Part shown: piece after piece, positions 24,711 to 38,300 of the stretch
How the letters are laid out: each line of letters starts with the position of its first letter
Position numbering within the stretch: position 1 is the stretch's first letter
Origin: Chromera velia
Lineage: Eukaryota
NCBI GenBank assembly: GCA_018398765.1
Contig: JAHBMJ010000466.1
Coordinates: 62,001 to 126,000, forward strand
Direction: 5' to 3'
DNA length: 64,000 nt
Translations under genes and position numbers: made by a program
Notes under the pieces: generated by a model
Seen by the model: only the letters and a program-made list of their open reading frames with translations
Told to the model about the DNA's origin: nothing
The model's database searches: none

Positions 24711-26629
24711 GATGATGCAATTGATGACTGCAATTCAGAGCATGGTCCCAGAGGACGCCATGCCCGAGGATCTAGATGAGGAGACCGTGAAGAAGATCAA
24801 CATCCTGCAGGTTCGTCAGTCGGTTCGTTGGTCGCTCAGTTGGTGGCGGTATTCACAGACAGACAAACAAGACAGGAGGAGCGAGGGAGCTTCGGGAGTT
24901 TTGTCGGAATCACGAGAGAGACAGGGGGTTGGCAGTGGAGGAACAGAGACGAGAGACGTGACTGAATGAGTGCAGTGGAGCTACGATGAGTGCTGAGAGA
25001 GGACTGAAAGTAAAGAAGAAGGCACACTGTCTATGCGTCCTGTCGTTTCATCCCTCTCCTCACCTCCTTGTATGTGTATGTTTCCCCCCCCTATGTATCA
25101 ATATGTGTCTGCATGCAGTACGACGTTGAGGACGCGAGGCTCCAGGCCCAGTGGGCTGCCTCAAGAGACCCCACGGGCAACACCCAGGCCCCCGATATGT
25201 CCCAGATGAAGGAACTCCTCACGAACCTCGACGAGGCAGGGGTGGGTCGCTCAGTTTTTTTTCTTCTTTGAGAACAGACAGTCAATGAGGGAGGGACGGA
25301 GGGACAGGCAGACATGCACGGGGAGATATCGATAGAAAGACGGAGAGAGAAAATAAGCAGAATGCATGGAAAGAACAGAAAGCAGACGTGGAAAAAAAAA
25401 TCTAAAAGGATACAAATGGGAAGAATTCTCGCAAAACTTAGTGAAGTGGGCAATCCGGAATAAAAGAAAGCAGGCAGGCGTCTGCCTCCCTTTCGCCCAT
25501 TTTTCCCTTTCCGTCGTCGCCCTCTTCGTTCTTTGTTTCACCCCCAACGTCTCCTGCTTCCTGTTCTGTTCATATTCCGGTTTTCTTTCTACCCGTTGTC
25601 TGTTTGTCTCCCTCCCTGCAGATGAAGGAGATGCGGGACTTCTGCGGATTGGAGGAACGTCAGATCAGAAGGATGGCCGAGTGGAACTGGGACAAGATGG
25701 AGGCGGTCGTGCAGTCAGTGGCTGACGAAGAGAGACCGAAACCGGAAAACCTTGAGGCAGCACAGATGACGGAAGAGGATTTTCACATTTTTGAACTATT
25801 CTATCAAGGGATGGCAGGGGTGAGTCAGTGAATGAATGAATGAATGAATGAATGAATGAATGAGTAGTCGTTCTTTCTTTCTGTCTTTTTTTTCTTTGTT
25901 TGTTTGCTTTTCTGTCTGGTTCTTTCTCTGTTTGTTCGTTCAACTCGTGTCTCTGTAATTGTAGGTGCGTGATGTGCCAAAAAAGAAACAAACGAAAGAT
26001 TGTTTGCAGCGAAGCCTGAAGAACTTTTTGCCCTCTTCCTCTCTGTCTGTCGCGTTTTACCCTTCACTTGTTTCTTCCTCGCCAACTTCCAACAGTGATA
26101 GATGTTGCTGCCTGCATGGAGGCATCCGTCATCCCTTCCCTTCCCTAGCTCCATTTCCCTTCCTTCCCCTCACTCAATTCACTCGGGCCCCGCTCTCCTC
26201 TCGAAGCCGACCGGGGCCCTTTCTGCTGAGGGTATCGGCCTTTATGGGCGGGCATTCAGAGGAGGTTCGATTCAATCCAACCCGCCCCCCCCCTCCCTGC
26301 AGATGCAAAGTCCTGAGGAAACCCGCAGGCAAAACGCAGAGAACGACAAACTGATGGAGGCAGACAGACAAAAACTCCTGAGGGTGAGTCAACTGACACA
26401 CGCAAGGATTATGCGTCCTTGCGTGCGTCAATGGAGGCAGACAGACAGAAACTCATGACGGTCTGCAAGTCGACTGGCTGGTGCACCGTGCCGCCCTTGC
26501 AATCAGTCACCGTGCCGAACACACCACCAATAAACAAGATCAAAAAGCACAACACTACTACACCCCACACAGCCTCTGTCCTACCTTGCGGCAAAAGAAG
26601 AAAACCAAGTCCTTTACATGTGCGTGTGC

Positions 26630-26665
<36 letters not shown>

Positions 26666-26666
26666 G

Positions 26667-26707
<41 letters not shown>

Positions 26708-26815
26708 GAGATTTCTGCCGAGCACGGGTGGGTGAGTGACGAGGACATGTTGCGGCAGATCAAAGAGGAGTCGAAGGCGGTGCTGCCTCCTGAAGACACA
26801 CAGGAAAATCAATGA
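14818..26815 (+). CDS. Large (>1000 aa) multi-exon protein of unknown function with putative bipartite plastid-targeting leader
   Basis: About 20 exons with tgcag acceptors and open, protein-like frames, e.g. NLRKKGASQADLENQMAEMDK, QAWISEQGMMDPYLDAASSYRVELK, GVGDIVTLKRMKRKYKTG. Final exon EISAEHGW...QENQ* ends at 26815. N-terminus MVVSKVVAAGGLLAAAVKA-FSPGRLSRPNLGFG. No domain recognised. Confidence 0.8.
20637..22037. repeat. 701-bp tandem duplication containing a 96-nt exon, joined by a single n
   Basis: 20637-21336 appears identical to 21338-22037. Exon copies at 20876-20971 and 21577-21672. The n is at 21337. Confidence 0.9.
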
Positions 26816-27288
26816 GCACTGAGTGAATAAATGAGTGAGTGAGTGAGTGAGTGAATGAATGAATGAATGAATAGATTCCGCCAGTTGAGTTTTTGAAGAG
26901 CCGAACTGAAGGTTGGGTTCTGGACAGTGAATGGAAAGAATGTGAAGTCCAGAGCCCAGCGGGAAGGAGGAGGAAGGACTAATTAAGGTAGGGAGTTCCC
27001 TCAGAGGAGTTGGAACGAAAGAAGGGAGGATAATTAATTTAAGGGAAAGCCAAGGAAGGAGATTGCTTGCGTATTCGCAGGCATGAAGCGTGGTCTCAGA
27101 CAGAGAGGAGACTGGCGGGGCGTGGTTGCTTGCCCGCATTGACTATTGGACGAGTGAAGAGGGTTGTCTGCTCGGTTCGCGTCTCTGTCTCTCTGTGGGT
27201 CAGACTGTCTGTAATACCCTCGATCGCTTTTCTGTTTGAATGAGATGGTGGTTGAGATCGTCTGTAGAGAGACGGTCACCGGGGGGGG

Positions 27289-27649
27289 NNNNNNNNNNNN
27301 NNNNNNNNNNNNNNNNNNNNNNNNNNNNNNNNNNNNNNNNNNNNNNNNNNNNNNNNNNNNNNNNNNNNNNNNNNNNNNNNNNNNNNNNNNNNNNNNNNNN
27401 NNNNNNNNNNNNNNNNNNNNNNNNNNNNNNNNNNNNNNNNNNNNNNNNNNNNNNNNNNNNNNNNNNNNNNNNNNNNNNNNNNNNNNNNNNNNNNNNNNNN
27501 NNNNNNNNNNNNNNNNNNNNNNNNNNNNNNNNNNNNNNNNNNNNNNNNNNNNNNNNNNNNNNNNNNNNNNNNNNNNNNNNNNNNNNNNNNNNNNNNNNNN
27601 NNNNNNNNNNNNNNNNNNNNNNNNNNNNNNNNNNNNNNNNNNNNNNNNN
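27289..27649. other. Assembly gap (N run) flanked by poly-G
   Basis: 361 n. Smaller gaps at 4314-4319 and about 60467-60477 also sit beside C/G homopolymers. Confidence 0.99.
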
Positions 27650-29164
27650 GGGGGGGGGGAACAAAACAGGAAAGGAAAAGGAGAGCCGACAGGTGAAGAC
27701 TGAGGGCCCGGCCCGTGTAAGGCGGGGGGGGGGTCGTAGGTGGAAGGATGGTCAGACAATGAAAGGTGATTCCGTCCATCTGCGTGTCTGTCTGTTTGTC
27801 TGTCGGTCCATGTGTTAGACAGGAAGGGGTGAAAGATGGATACGAAGGGACAGTAAGAGAAAGAAAATTAAGCTGTCAGAGTGCGTGTATGGAAGGATGA
27901 GTCTGTCGATCAGGAAGGAGACAGAGGGTTTCATGGGTGCAAACGCCCATCCCTCCCTGGCAGTTAGCTGGAGTCGTGCATCGCTCGTTGTGCTTCGTTG
28001 GTTTGCGTAACGCCCTTTTTCGTCCCTAGTCCTTGAATTTGAGTCAAATGAGGTTTCGTGATTCTCCCATTCGGGATGCATCGATCGAATGGTGTGATGC
28101 TAACCTGCATGCTGTGTCTATGCATGGTAGGTGTCCCACAAAGCTCGCGTGTGTCTTTAATTACCTTGAATGATTTAACACTCCAAGTAATGCAGTAATA
28201 CCTAGCGTAATATATATTCTACTCTTCAGAGTCTCTTGTTGACTCTTTGGTTAGGTCTAGGCTAGTGATCCACACATATAAGTCTTTTCAAAGACTCTTT
28301 TATCTTGTCCTCTGCCCTAGCCTCTGCCTTTTTTCAGTGTAGAGTGGCGTAGGGATGAGTCTCTTTTAATTGAATGAAATACTTAGATAACAGCCGATAT
28401 AGTAGTAGAAGATGCTCTAAACAAAAACACAATTTTTTCTATTTGTTGTGAGTTTTTTTTAAATAGAAAATGTTTATGTGTACTAAATAAAACGAATTGA
28501 TACTTTTTTAGTTTGAAACGATTCTCTTTCTTGAAAAGTATGCGGCTGTTCTAGCTTACTTACGTTAGCTTTCATGCAGTTAATTTGGAACACGGTGCCT
28601 TAAGCATCCCTAAGCTATGAAAAAGGCACTTATGATAAGATAGCCCCTGGGGTCTATACCGCCTAATTCAAAAGGGCGTACAATAGTGTACAACAGTTAT
28701 TAGTCTGTTGTCACTGCAAGATATCCGTGAATTGGTCTATACTTGTGTTAACACATGTCCAGATCTAGGTTTAGATCGTTTTTCCGCTGTGGAAAACGAC
28801 GCCCTGACCGGCGATCGCGCTCTTATGCAGGGACATCCACACGCCGCACGCTGCCTGCAGACATGGTTTGAATGACGATTGAGGGTTTCAATGCGCATGC
28901 ATGCATTTCTCCTAACTGGGATTGGTGGTTTAGTCTGGGGTAGTCTAGGGGGAGGCAATGCCATGCGCTTGCAGCAGAACGATGATTGAGGGTTTTGTTA
29001 TGCATGTCACGTCCCTATATACAAGGGGCGGATCTAGCAGAATGGCCGTAACAGATGGATCTAGCAGAATGGCCGTAATAGACGGACAGGATCTATGCCT
29101 AGGCAAGATGCATACTGGCCAGACACGGGACCAGAGAGACACTAAAGAGATATTTCTCCTATAA

Positions 29165-29285
29165 ACTCGATCTTTAATTAGTGCATGTGCATGCATGCAT
29201 GCATGTTTTTCTTCTTAATTAATTCTCCGCGCGCGCGCGGGCGTCGGAAACGCTCGATCATGCATGCGCATGCATGCAGCGCTTT
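29165..29285 (+). promoter_or_regulatory. Putative promoter of the PBP-receptor gene with TGCATGCA arrays
   Basis: TTAATTA, (TGCA)n runs, TTAATTAA, (CG)n and a second ATGCATGCGCATGCATGCA block, about 250-350 nt upstream of ATG 29517. Confidence 0.5.
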
Positions 29286-29516
29286 TGTGTCCGTCTATCT
29301 GTCAGGCGATAAGAGAATCTGTCTGTCTTTCTAGCTGTGAGTCGTGTTCTCAAGGCTCAACAGCTTCCGGTCCAAATCAGCTTAATTCTCAGAGAAGCAC
29401 GGGCCCGTACAAGTTTCATGCGGAAGCAGTCTGACAGTCTGCATGTGAATCCTCCCGTAAAGTGCATGCAGACATCGAATCTTGTATACTCGCCCTCAGA
29501 CACTTAGTTAGTCGAT

Positions 29517-31589
29517 ATGATCTCGCGGTGCGGTCGATCAAGTGCTGGTCCCCCCGCACTCACGTTTTGTCTGAGCAGGAGCGTCCAGATCCTTCTTTCC
29601 CTGTACCTTCTCTCGTGCTCCCCGCCTGTGAAAGCCACCGAGATCAAGTTCGGCATTCTCTCAGTCGATGCTGTGGACGATAAGTGGGGCACCACCTTCG
29701 TTGACTACCTCACAGCAAACTTCGCAACCTATGCAAGCGGAAATGTGGACACGTTTAGCGTCACTACAGTGCCGTTTGTGAACACAAAGACTGTAGCGAA
29801 AGATAAGACAGTGGTAAGTGATCTGCTCAAGGCTCCTCAATCACCATGCATGTGTCTGCTTGTTCACTTCAACTTGCTTACTTTGCCACCATCCTCTCGC
29901 ATGCCTGCAGGATTTCGTTTTCTTCAACCCCGGCATTGTGAGTCGCTCAACTGTTTTTGTTTGGGTGTATTGAGTCTTTTTGACACTTTCAGGAAGGCCT
30001 AGTTGACATACATACCCTCCATGAACTTTGTCTGCCCGAAGGTCAGTCATTTTTGGGACCAGTCCGTCTGCCGGCACACGCAGGCATCAGTCAGGCAGTC
30101 ATCGACTAAGTGTTGTAACAGCCATTTTACCGTCACCTCAGTCCGTCCGACTTCTCCAGCAAGAAGATAGTCAACATGCTTGCCCCACAGCAGGGAGAAT
30201 GCAAGAGAGACAGAGAGATGACGACAATAAAGCGAACCTGGCAGGAAAGCAGGGATGCTGGCGCCTGCAGGTACAGTCAGACACTGACAGCGCGATCCCT
30301 TGAGGGCATGCAAAGGCCTTGGGAGAAGACCTTCTCGGAAGAAAGCGGCAACAAACGGGCACAAGAACGGACAATCCACATTTGACCTCATCCTCACTTT
30401 GACTTCTTCTCCCTGCAGCATGTGTATGCACATCCGATCATCCGTTGTCCTTCGTCGTTCAGAATTCCTGCATCGTGACTGAGTTCTCCGGCCAGCCGGT
30501 GGTGTCGTTGGTGAACAAAAGGCAGGGCCAGGTCTCGACTCGGTTTGGGGCGGTGATCCTGGCACGAAGGGACAACGAGGCGATCGACGAGGACAATCTC
30601 TCGACATTTGTCATCGGTCAGTCAGTCTCAACTTGGGCAGGATGGATTGTGCGTGCGTCAACAGAAGATGGCAACAGCCCCATGTACAGGCAAAAAAGAA
30701 GTGTTGCCGTCCTGAAAAGAATGGTTTCTTTCGTTCCCACCCGATCATGCATCCTTTAATTTTCTGCTCTGCATGCATGTGGGCCCACCCACGGAACTCA
30801 GTCGGTCACATGGACCGACAAGTAAAGGCTCAGTACTTCCTCCTCCTATTTTGCACAGATGCATGTCGTTCTTCACTGCTCTCTTCCGATTGATTAAATT
30901 TACATCGAAAGAAAGAAAGACCGAAAGATCGTATAATTGTCGCATGCATGCAGGGAAAAAGTTTGGAGCTGTCGACGTGTCTGCCTTTGGAGGTTTCCTG
31001 ATGGCGGCCTCCACCGTCACGAAGGACGTCCCCGGAGGCTCTTTGTTCTCTTCTCCCGAGACGGTCACCTTCCTCAAGGGACACGCGGCTGTTGTCAAGG
31101 CGATACTCAGCGGCGACATTGACTCCGGTACGTGCATGGGCAGGCAGGTAGAAGAAAGCCAGATACAGAGACAGATAGGCTGATAGACAGAGAGACAGGG
31201 AGAGCTCTTACAGTGGTTATGACTCGGCAAAAGCCAACACGCTTGGAATAAAGTCAACACACGTGGAATAAACAAATGAATGAATGAATGAATGAATGAA
31301 TGAATGATTGATTGATTGATTGATCGATTGATGAAATGATTGAATGCAGGGACCGTCAGGACAGACATCCTGGAGAAGATGGCGGCTGCTGGAACGATCC
31401 CCTCAGACATCATGAGCACATTCAAGATCTACAGGTAGGTGGGTAGGTAGGTAGATCAATGGCCTGCGTCACTCAGTCGTTTGGTGGGTCACTAAGTGCT
31501 GCGTTCACTTTAAGCTTGGCAGAATTGATCACCTCTCAATACGCCTTTTCATTGCTCTCTCTCTCGCTCTCTCCCTCTCTCTCTCTCTC

Positions 31590-31671
<82 letters not shown>

Positions 31672-32329
31672 GCACCTTTCCATTTTCTTCTTCCACTCTC
31701 CATCTCCCTCAGATTCCTCCTTTTCCTCACACTTGCTTCCTCTCCCTCTCTCTGAGTGTATGCTCATTTTCCGATGCTGTGCGTGCGTGCGTCACTGCCT
31801 CAACTTGCAGAACCCAAGCCGCAAGGGAAGAGCAGCCAGGGTTTCCCTTCATCCTCTCGACGGAGCTCTTTCCTGAGTGGCCACTAGTCGCTTTACCCCA
31901 TGTCGACTATTGGATTCAGGAGGGGGTGGCGGAGACGCTCTTGGCAATCACCTCGTCTGACGATGCAGCGAGTGATGGAGGGTGCGTTTGTTTGCGTGTC
32001 TACCTTTTTTTTTTTTTGTCGGTTTTTGCTCTTTTGGATTTCCACCTCGATTGATGGTCCTCTTTTCCTGAGCACCCGATCTGTAAAACAATCTGCCATG
32101 AATGTTTTCTGATTAAAATACACCTCTAGGCTTACCTCTCGATGAATCTTCAGGGGCTTCCAAACCCCCCTTCCCGCCTCTCTCTCCTCCGTTCTCTGAG
32201 ACAGGCTGTTGCCATCTTTCTTCGTACAAGTTCAAAATGCACATCTGCTGTCTCCCTCAGTCTGCTCTCTAGCTAGTTTCTTTGTTAGCCTGTCCATCTC
32301 CTACCACGCATGCCTGCTTCCCCCCCTCT

Positions 32330-32363
<34 letters not shown>

Positions 32364-35300
32364 TTGTGTGCAGGTATGAAAGATGGAACCTTCCGTTCAC
32401 GTACGAGAAGGTGCACGACGCCCTGGAGGACGCCCGTGTCCTGAACATCACAACAGAGGAGTGTCTCCTCAGGACAGCGACAACCTCTGCGTGGGATGTC
32501 GTGGTGTGCATCGACGGTCAGCGAGTGCGTGGGGGTGTGGGAAGAAAGAACAAAAACAAAAAAGGAAGATCGGCAGGCAGAGAGGCAATCTGTGAGGTAG
32601 GCAGAAAGTGATGAATGCATAGTTTTGCTGTCTGACTGACTGATTGAATCATTGCCTGTTGAGTGCTTGCTTGCTTGCTTGCAGGTCTCTATAGACGTCC
32701 CGTAGAGGACATGGAGACGAACTGCGGGAGCGATGAGCCTTGTCTGTTGGCGGACAACTGTCTCTGCAAGCCGTGTCTTGCGTGTCCTACTGGCGCTACG
32801 TGCGCGGGAGGGCAAGCGGAGCCCGTCGCAGTTCAGGTGTGTTTGTCAGGGTGGGAGGGAGAGACTGAATTTGGAATCGAAATGACACGTTCTTCCTCAT
32901 TGGCTTGAACTGCACGTCTTTGCTATCTTGTGCAAGCATATCTCCTGCTTTTCTGCTCGTCGTAGTTCAGGTGTGCTGTTTTCTTATTGGCCGTCGCCTT
33001 CTTGCTTTGCACATATTTCTGGTTTCCGCTTTTGAGTGGTGCCCCTCTGCTTAGGAACAGTTTCTTCACCTTTTTCATGGGAAACGACTTGCGTGTACCC
33101 AAGAAGTAATGTTTTCTCTTCAGAAATCTCGCCTGCCTGTTTTCCTGCCTGCAGGGTTGGTGGTCAGACCCTGAGGACATAACCCGAACTTTCTACGAGT
33201 GCTCTCCCGGAAGGTGGGCTCTTCTGTGAATGCATTCAGTGGTTTCATTTGGAGAGTTGGTCTTTGGAAAGCCATCGGCTTGTCTGCCTCTCTGTCCGAT
33301 GAATTTAGAAAATTTCAATCAATCTCTCCTCTCTATCTGTGCCGCCTTGTTTACGGAGGTTCACTCCGATTGTGCCAATCTTTTGTTAATGAGGAACTGC
33401 AGCACAAGCAACGAAGAAAAGGGAAAAGGTCCCAATGGACAGGGTAAGACTCCGGTTCAGTGTGCACGACTGAGAAGCACAGTGTTTTTTCTTGTCTCAT
33501 TCTCCGTCCACAGATTTGTTCCTCTATGGAGGTGCGGGACAAACGTCATAAGACAGAAATTGTAAATAGGAATAAATGTATCGAGAGTGCTTCCTCCAAG
33601 TCAGTCAAGATGACTAAGAAAGAGCCTTCATGCCAACCTGTGCCTTGATGCATGCAGGTGCGAAACCAATGCCAATGGTGAGGTGGTGTGTCTGAGGAAC
33701 TTTGAGGGCCAGATCTGCTCCAGGTGCTCGGACTCTTTCTTTAACCTGAAGAATTCTTGTCTTCCGTGCTGGCACTCTAATCTGGGCGTGGCGGTCTTCC
33801 TCTTCGTCGTGTGGATCTTTTTCCTCTTGGGGGTCGGCGTTGCGCTCTCGTACCTTACACGTCCCAGGTCAGGCTGCCATCTGTCTGGGGGGCTCCCTGG
33901 GTTCATTTCACTGAGAGGAGAGGGGGTGTCGTCATCAATTTCAGCCTCAACGCTTCATTTTGGATGAAGCGGCGAGGATGCTCTTACCTCTCGGTGTCGC
34001 TTTTTTTTGTCTGCAGGTCTCTCTCTTCTCTCTGCGAGTGGGTGCGTGTGTGGGTGTTCTTTTAAGGAAGAGAAAAGACAAAGAGTGGACTTCTGTCTGC
34101 CGTTTGCTTGCATGCTTGCTTGCTTGCCTGCCTCTCGGTCTCCCACTCAGCATACCTGGCTTTGCCTGTCCGTCTCTTTGATTTTGTTTGCAGGAGACAG
34201 GACGTGACTATTCAGGTGTTTCTCGTTCTTCTCCAACTGCAAATCTTCACATCTCTGAACTTCTACAGAACAGATGGGGCAGTCGCAACACTGGAAGGCC
34301 TCACATCGTTCCTCTACATGATCGTCAGTCAGTTAGTCAGTCAGCCAACCAGTCAGGGAATCTGTTAGCTGTTCTTATTTGTATGCCAGCCCTGACGGAA
34401 GACCTGGTAGTCTTTTTGTTTTCCCAGCGCTCGCTCATTCTCTTCAGTGGCTCTTTTTTGCTCCTCCAGTCTATTCGAGTTCGTCTTCTTCACACACCAG
34501 GAATTCTCCTCTTCTCAGATCTTCAGATTTACTTCGACAGTAAACTAAACAGGTGGACAAAGCAGACGGGTGAATTATGCAAATGTGTATGTGTGGATTA
34601 AATGGTCTGACTGATGATACACGGGTATCATGGTGCAGGTTTCCTTCCCTGTCGAGATATTCGGATTCGAGTGCGCGATGGGAGCAAAGTACACAAAGTT
34701 CACGGGACTCTTGTTGACACTCATGATTCCCACAGGTCATTCCCACACGCCGGTAGTTTGTCTATAGCAGTGTGTGTGTATGTGTGTATGTGTGTGTGTG
34801 TGTGTGTGTGTGTTTGAGCCACTACTTTTACCTTTTCGAAATTGAGGCCCTTGGCGATTGACTGAAACGGGAAGCTTTGCCAGCAGGTTGTCTGTTGTCC
34901 TCTGCCAGTTCTTCAATTTTTTCGTTTTTTTTTACGCCTTTTTTGTGTCGTCTCTCCTTTTTGGCAGCTTCTTTTCCTTTACGTTTCTCACCCACCGAAT
35001 GCATCCAAAGAAGCTTCCCATCTGGGTACTCAGCTCTGCTGTGGTCCTATACACACGCCGATAGAGCCCTTTTTGCGTTTGTTCATTCGGCAGATACTCC
35101 GTTTTGTTTCAGTTCGAACCTCGTACACGAGCAGACCGGCCTGTTTGAACACGAAAAACCCACGCACACGGCACGGCATTGAATCCTCTCGTGATATCCT
35201 TCCGGCGCGCCCGCATGCAGGCCTGCTTGCAACTGCCTCTGCCATCGAGGGGCTCGTCTACCTGTACGAAAAACGGCAACAGAAACTCGTGGACGAGCAG

Positions 35301-38300
35301 CGTCCTCCCAACCGTGGAGTGAGCACAGAGGGGGAAGACCGGCCGAGAACATCAAGAAGGAGTATCGACCTCTCCAGAATGTCCTCTGTGATTGGGGAGG
35401 CACTGACAAGCAACCTCAGACACAGGGTTCGGCAGGCGCGTCTCCTCTCGGCGCGCTTCTCGTTCATTCCAGTCCTCTATAGATTCGCCTCAATTGGGGA
35501 CTGTTTCGAGCAGGTGCGTGTGTGTGTGTGCGCGTATGTGTGTGTGCGTGTGTGTGTGTGTGTGTGTGTGCGTGTGTATGTGTGTGTGTGCAGATTTGAA
35601 TGCATACGTGTACGCGCACACTTCTAAGAAGACAATTTGTCAGGCCAACCGATACACAGTTGAATGAATGGATCAATCACTGACTGACTAACTGACTGAC
35701 TGACTGAGTGACTGACTAACTGACTGACTGACTGACTGACTGACTGACCGACTGACTGACTGACTGACTGACTGACTCACTGACTCACTGACTCACTGAC
35801 TCACTGACTGACTCACTGACTGACTGACCGACCGACCGACTGACTCACTGACTGACTGACTGACCGGCCGACTGACTCACTGACTGGCTCACTGACGGAC
35901 TGAATCACTGACTGACTGAATGACCGACCGACTGACTCACTGACTGACTGACCGACCGACTGACTCACGGACTGACTGACTGACCGACCGACCGACCGAC
36001 TTGCTCACTGACTGACTGACCGACCGAGTGACTCACTGACTCACTGACTCACTGACTGACCGACCGACTGACTCACTGACTGACTGACTGACCGACCGAC
36101 TGACTCACTGACTGACTGACCGACCGACTGACTCACTGACTGACTGACTCAAGGACTGACTGACTCACCGACCGACCGACTGGCTCACTGACTGACTGAC
36201 TGACCGACCGACCGACTGACTCACTGACTGACTGACTGACTGACTCACTGACTCACTGACTGACCGACCGACTGACTCACTGACTGACTGACTGACCGAC
36301 CGACTGACTCACTGACTGACTGACTGACCGACTGACTCACTGACTGACTGACCGACCGACTGACTCACTGACTGGCTCACTGACTGAATGAAACAATCCA
36401 CGCATCCATCCCTGCATCCCTGCATGCAGCCAAGCGGGTTCTACAGTCTCCGAGACGAGCCCTCTTTGGAGTGCTTCGAGTCCGAGTGGAACCGGTCTCT
36501 TGCTCTGACAATCGTCGGCCTCACCTTCTTTGCCGTCGTCATGCCTCTCTTCATCTTCTTCACCACCCACACCTTTAAAGACGTTCTCAGTGCAACTCTC
36601 GTCTCGGATCCGAGCAATAATCCGGTCAGAAAACCGTCTGCCCCATGCTTTGTCTGTTTCCGATGATTTCTTATGATCTTTTTTATCATGGTCGCCTTGA
36701 CAGCTTTTTTGCAAAGATCACCTTTCTGTTGCACACTGCAAAGATTCTCATTGTTGGACCCTGTACGCGAATTCCGGGAATGGATCCACACGAAGGGCAT
36801 GCCTTTTTGTCTGTGGATTGTCTGTCTAATCTTGTATAGATCTGCGATTCAATTTTGCAGTCCCTGAAGCATCCAACTTTCGGCAACGCCTCTCTTAAAA
36901 AGAAGACGGAACAGATGCTGACGGTCTCCTGGATCTTCCTGACTGATTTTGTGCAACAGTACAGGTCAGTGTGCTTCCTTCTCTGTCTTTCCCCCCCCCC
37001 TCTCTCTATCTGTCTGTGTGTGTGTGCGTGTGTGTATGTGAGAAATTTCGTCAATGGATCCCCAGATTGATTATGCCTGTTGCGTTTCTTGTCTCTATTC
37101 GCTGTGCGGCTCTCCTGCTGCCTGCAGATTCTGGTGGTTGGTGATCTGTGCAAGGGACACGGCGCTTGCGGTTTCGTTCCTGGCGGCCCCAGACATGAGC
37201 ACAAGACTTGTGGTGACGGGGTCAGTACGTCAGCACCCTTGTTCTTCATTCATTCGTTTCCCCCCTGTCCCCCATGTTTGATTCATTTGTTTTCCATCCA
37301 TTTCTTCGTTCAGTCTTTCTTTCACTCACTCATATCCGACTCGACTTTGAAGTTTTTGTGGAGAACGTTTGACAAATGACAGCTCCTCCGAGAAGATAGA
37401 CTCATGAAAGTACGCATACAAGGATAGAAACGCGCACACACAAACGCACACTAGAGCACCCACATACGGAAGGGAAGATGGAGGGAGAGCGCAAATCTGA
37501 AGACTTGGGTGAGGCTGCCCACAGAATCAATCAGCTCCTGCATACCCGACATGTGTCGGGTTACTCGTCTGGAGATGAAAACATTTTTTGGTCGCCTTTT
37601 TGTCTGCCTCTCTGTCCGTCTGTCGACTCTTCGTCCCCATGTGTGTGGTTTTGCTTTTTCTATCTCTTGCTTTTCATCTGACGTGCATGCAGTTTTATCT
37701 TGCTTGCCTACGTGCTTGGTCTTCTGATTCTGGGGCCCTTCCGAACGAATCACATGAACAACACGGAGGCCGTCCTTTCGTCTCTCAATTTGATGGCAAG
37801 CGTGCTGCTTCTGTCCATCGCGTCTTCCTCTTCGGAGTCCTCTAGCTCAGAAGAGAGGACAAGTGGGGGTCTGAGGGACAGCGTGGACTACCTGCTGTTC
37901 TCTCTCTTCTTCTGCTTCCTGCTGGCACTCGGACTGATCTGGTTCCTCTCGAGAAAGTCAGCATAGCATGCACACACGTGCAAAGAGAGAGAAAGAGAAA
38001 GGGCAGAGGGAAGACCTGGATAGGGACTGTGTGTGAAGCAAGCATGTTCTGCTGTTTGTTCATGCTTCTGATAGTCTTTCTTTTTCTTTGGTCTATTGAA
38101 CATCAATCGGTGTGTGAGTCCATGCATGCCAATGCTTTTACTGTTGGCGCGTTTGCCCTCTCTCTTTCATCTCGCGAGGCTTTCCTTCATCGACCCGACC
38201 CGCTAGCTTGTTTTGCTTGCAGGTCTCCAACTTTCCGCAAAGTGAATCTGTTGAACCGAAAAGTCGCCTATGCAGTCAGGGTGGACAAATTCAGACACCT

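Noticed and set aside
27034..27818. ORFs spanning the N run
   Set aside because: Artefacts of the assembly gap.
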